This document shows positions 33,255 to 37,113 of a stretch of 37,113 nt of DNA, one piece after another. Both the position numbers and the translations under genes were made by a program. Each line of letters begins with the position of its first letter. Position 1 is the stretch's first letter. The notes under the pieces are model-generated. The model did not search any database. It saw only the letters and a list, made by a program, of their open reading frames with translations, and was not told the origin of the DNA. This DNA comes from Octopus bimaculoides (lineage: Eukaryota): positions 52,487,087-52,524,199 of the forward strand of contig NC_068982.1 of NCBI RefSeq assembly GCF_001194135.2, read 5' to 3'.

Positions 33255-34400
33255 GATAGCCGTTATTTTTAGCTTACTTTAGAAGCAAATTGCGCGTAAT
33301 TTTGTTTACAGCTGTTAGTTCAGTGTCAATTTTAACATGGAATACGAAAACAAACATTTTCACCATATTTTGCATTTTTTATTTCCGTAAAAAGCTGCTG
33401 AGGCTCACAAAGAGATATGTTAAATTTATGGTGTTGATTGCTTAACAGAAGGCACATGCCAGAAATGGTTTTAAAAATTCCGTTCTGGAGATTTTTCACT
33501 CAAAGATGACCAACGTTCTGGTCGACCTACTGAAGCTGATGATGACCGAATCAAAGCCATAAATGAATCTGATTGTGATATAACTGTGCGAGATATTGCA
33601 GAGAGGTTAAATGTATTACACACAACAATTGAAAATCACTTAAAATGTCTTGGACTCGTTAAGAAGCTCAATATTTGGGTTCCGCATAATTTGGAAAAGA
33701 TTAACTTAACACAACGAATCAATATTTGCGATATGCATCACAAACGCAATGAAATCAACCTTTTTTTAAAAATGAATCATCACTGGTGATGGAACATGGA
33801 TTGTCTACATTAACATCAATCGAAAACGATCATGGTCCAAGCGTAATGAACCAGCACAAACCACGTCGAAAGCTGAATTGCATCAAAAGAAGGTCATGCT
33901 GTCAATTTGATGGGATTACAAAGGTGTTGTATATTTTGAGCTGCTTTCAAGTAACCAAACGATTAATTCAGATGTTTACTGGGGGAAGCAATCAAAGAAA
34001 AACGGCCAGAATTGGCGAATCGTAAAGGAATCGTGTTCCACCATGACAACGCTAGACCACAAACGTCTTTGCTAACATGAGAAAAATCATTGGAGCTTAG
34101 GAAGTGATGTCACGTTCACCTTGCACCATCAGATTATCATTTATTTCGAAGTTTGCAAAATTCTTTGAATGGTAAAACCTTCAATAATGATGATGACCTG
34201 AAATCGCAATTGCATCAGTCTTTGGCTGATAAGGATCAGAAATTCTATGAGTGCAGAATCATGAAGTTGCCAGAAAGATGGCAAAAAGTCATCGAACAAA
34301 ATGGAAAATATATGTGATTAAAGTTCATTCTTTGTATGAAAAAAAAATGACTTTTATTTCACCTTAAAAAAACCGAAATTACTTTCTTGCCAACCCATTA
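33255..34400 (+). mobile_element. Mariner DNA transposon fossil lacking a recognisable 5' TIR
   Basis: 3' TIR CCGAAATTACTTTCTTGCCAACCCAT plus TA (34373-34400), with a transposase pseudogene inside. Confidence 0.95.
33337..34321 (+). pseudogene. Mariner D,D34D transposase pseudogene
   Basis: WVPHNL (33676), ITGDGTW (D at 33788), HHDNARP (D at 34045), LAPSDYHLFRSLQ. Multiple frameshifts, stops and small deletions. Confidence 0.95.
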
Positions 34401-35341
34401 TAAATATAAAGAAATGATTCACACATTTATACACACCTTATACATGTAGACATTTTTTTTGTGAGTGGGTGTTCTCATATTGTTAGATAGAAGCTCACCC
34501 GTATTTTCATATACAAACTTATATAGCTTCATATTATCAGCTAAAACAAATTCACCCTTTATCAAACATCACGAGGAGAAATTTTATAGTTATCTTTTTA
34601 TTAATCCTTTTTTTTTTTTACTCGAAGCTGTATTCTCTTTTGTTACATGCAGCCATTTGGCTTTCATTAAGTGCATCTTGAAGATAAGAAAACACTTTTG
34701 CATTGGTATTAAATAGAAGCGTGTCAGCTTAATATAACTATATTTTATTGCTGACATCTTCCTTCAAGCTTTTAACCCTTAGTGTTTCTTTTGACATGTG
34801 CAATTGTAAGTCAGTAGGTAACTACATTTTATTGACATGTCTTCTTTTTCAACATACATATTGAAATTATGATGCAGTATTAGACATTTCCACACACGCA
34901 GTGATCATTTAGTTCTTCATTGTTGTGTTTTTAAAAATACATTAGGACAGTAGGATTTGAAAAGGGCGTCAAGAAGATGCGTGGGTTGGATATTTCAAAT
35001 GCACTGAGATACATCGAGCAATCATATGCTTTTTTTGTTGCAACGACTTGATTAAAACTGGATATTGAATAGAATCGACTTCCGTATAAAAAGAACTGAC
35101 CTAATGCACTTTAATAACGACATAAGATTTTAGGCTATTAGATATTTTAAACATGAAAATATATAATATACTGGGAATGCGCATAATATAAATTCGTTTA
35201 TCTTTAAACTCTTAAATTCTCATATATGCAACATACTCAGAAATATACGCATTTACACACACACACTCACACACACACACATACACACGTACACTAACAC
35301 ACACACACACACACACTAACACATACACACACACACGCTTA

Positions 35342-35537
35342 TACTTGGGGGTGCTGAAAAGTTCCTGGCTTTGGGTAAAAGAAAATACTGGATGATCAGT
35401 TAATTATGGTTTTATTCAACATATTCCCTGCGCAGATTCAGTTCTTCTAAACCCTGTAAAAGAACTCGGAATGGTAGACCCCCAACCAAGCTTTCGCGGA
35501 ACCCTTAAAGCCAGGAACTTTTCATCAGCCCCTCGTA
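35342..35537 (-). mobile_element. Mariner-derived MITE, same family as 24765-24978, opposite orientation
   Basis: TA-flanked TIRs containing GAAAAGTTCCTGGCTTT. The interior matches AATATGTTGAATAAAA.CATAATTAACTGAT of the first copy. Confidence 0.85.
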
Positions 35538-36546
35538 CACCCCCCCCACGCACACACACACACGCACGCACACACACACACACACACACACACATGTACA
35601 TAGAGCTGCAGAGGTTTGTATACTGAGGCAAGCGTTGACATAACTATCATCTAGCATGTTCCTATAGCTGTAAAAATCTGTAAGGTTCCAAGGGAGTACC
35701 ATTATTGTGTAAGCCTCCATATAATGCACCACTCTGAGCAGTGCGGTCTTCCCTTTTGAGCTCTCTCTCTTTTTGAGACATGCCGTCTCTCCTTTTTGAG
35801 CTCAACTTTATTAGGTGAAGCTGACTGGTGTCACGTTACGCCAAACATGTAGTGATGAGAATTCCTTATACCTGACGGAGGTGGCCATTGGTGGAAGCTT
35901 AAGCGTTTATCTTGAATTGCATATCACCTAGTTCCACATTCAGTCGCATGCAATCCATAATCTCAACTAGAGTTGAAAATCAATGGCAAGTTTGGAGATG
36001 GAGAAAAAACTTATATTCTTTTATTCTTTTCCTTGTTTTAGTTATTTGACTGCAGCCATGTTCGAGCATCATCTTGAAGGATTTTAGTCACCCAAAACGG
36101 TGCATAATGGGAAAATTCTCCTAAAATAACTTAACCCTAGACGGGAGGAAACACCTTTCGATTAGTCACAGTGACTTGACAACGAAAATATACGATTTGT
36201 TTTATACAGTAAATGCTTGTATTTTGGCTTTTGTTAAACAATATTTTCATCATTTACAAAAAGTTTAAAGTGAATGTGATTTCAAAAATGTAAATTGTTT
36301 GTACAGTAATATTTTAATATTTTAGCTTTCTTTAAACAGACAATATTTTAATGTTTTTTTTCAGATTATTTTCAAGTAAATACCATAACAAAAAATTTTT
36401 TTAGCATATTTAGAAAAATATTTTCAAGAGAAAATGACTTCAAAAATATGACAAATATTTTGTAAGAGACCGGTTCGTTAGCTCGGTGTGAAATAATTCT
36501 TTCCATAGGTTTTTTTTCGAGTACATTCAACGTATCTCACCTCCAT

Positions 36547-36661
36547 AGATTTGGCTGCTAGTTCTAACACGCTCTGCTACCACGTAACAGGTATTTGCGA
36601 TAAAGGACCCGAAATACTTGTTACGTGGTAGCAGGGCGGGCAAGAAATAGCAGCCAAATCT
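36547..36661. repeat. 115-nt inverted repeat (50-bp arms, 15-nt loop)
   Basis: 36547-36596 pairs with 36612-36661: 44 Watson-Crick pairs, 2 G-U pairs and 4 mismatches on the plus strand. Confidence 0.9.
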
Positions 36662-36818
36662 TTCCTTTTCTCGGGAAAGTAGCCGTTTACGCGTGATTTC
36701 GATGTCATTCGTTGAAAGCATATGAAATAATCTGAAAAAGAAAAAAACCCCACGAACAAAAGTCCGTTGCTGGGAAACTCAGACTTTTCCGGTGACCCAA
36801 CGGGTCACTAGTAGTCTA

Positions 36819-36854
<36 letters not shown>

Positions 36855-36924
36855 CAAAGAATATATATACATGTATACACACATATATGTACATACTTAC
36901 ATCTACATGTGTATATACATGCAT

Positions 36925-37113
36925 ATCAGGGTACAGGACGTTAGAACAATAAACTACAGACAACGGAACGAACACATAGGAAAACGGAAAGCCACTTGGA
37001 ATATCCCTTCATCAGCTGTCTCTATTCTATCTAGACGTTTCGAAGACAAGACAGAACGTACTCTAGAATAGTCTCTTCCTGAGTAGTGGATCAACCCACT
37101 ACACAGAGGGTTC
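36925..37113 (-). mobile_element. Penelope-like terminal repeat with HHR-like motif, running off the window end
   Basis: Minus strand CTA-CTCAGGA-AGAGAC...GTCTTC-GAAAC-GTC-TAG (37031-37086), then CAGCTGATGAAGGGATATTCC. Homologous to 2380-2660. Confidence 0.55.

Overview
Repeat-rich, AT-rich eukaryotic (animal) DNA, not prokaryotic. The tRNA-derived SINE families and the extreme (TA)n/(CA)n/(TACA)n load resemble coleoid cephalopod (Octopus-like) genomic DNA; this is recalled, not searched. Nine N-gaps are present: 4461-4746, 5390-5986, 7310-7319, 9269-9755, 17311-17610, 19516-19898, 21118-21135, 23557-23891 and 26075-26949. Most are flanked by microsatellites. I cannot confidently identify any host protein-coding gene, and most supplied ORFs are microsatellite, gap or antisense artefacts. 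The window holds about 20 SINE copies from at least 3 families, several decayed LINE fragments (Jockey/CR1-like RT, RTE, CRE-like endonuclease, an ORF1-only L1/Tx1-like element), a mariner fossil, two mariner-derived MITEs, a 166-bp solo LTR with a 5-bp TSD, two tRNA-like units and two long hairpins. The most interesting signal is a scattered set of minimal type-I hammerhead-ribozyme (HHR) motifs of the Penelope-associated kind. One lies behind a tRNA-type Pol III head (tRNA head - (TAA)n(TGA)n - HHR, 22331-22514, minus strand) and appears to have been fused to a SINE body and then inverted. No HHR copy here has a fully canonical core, so activity is untested inference.
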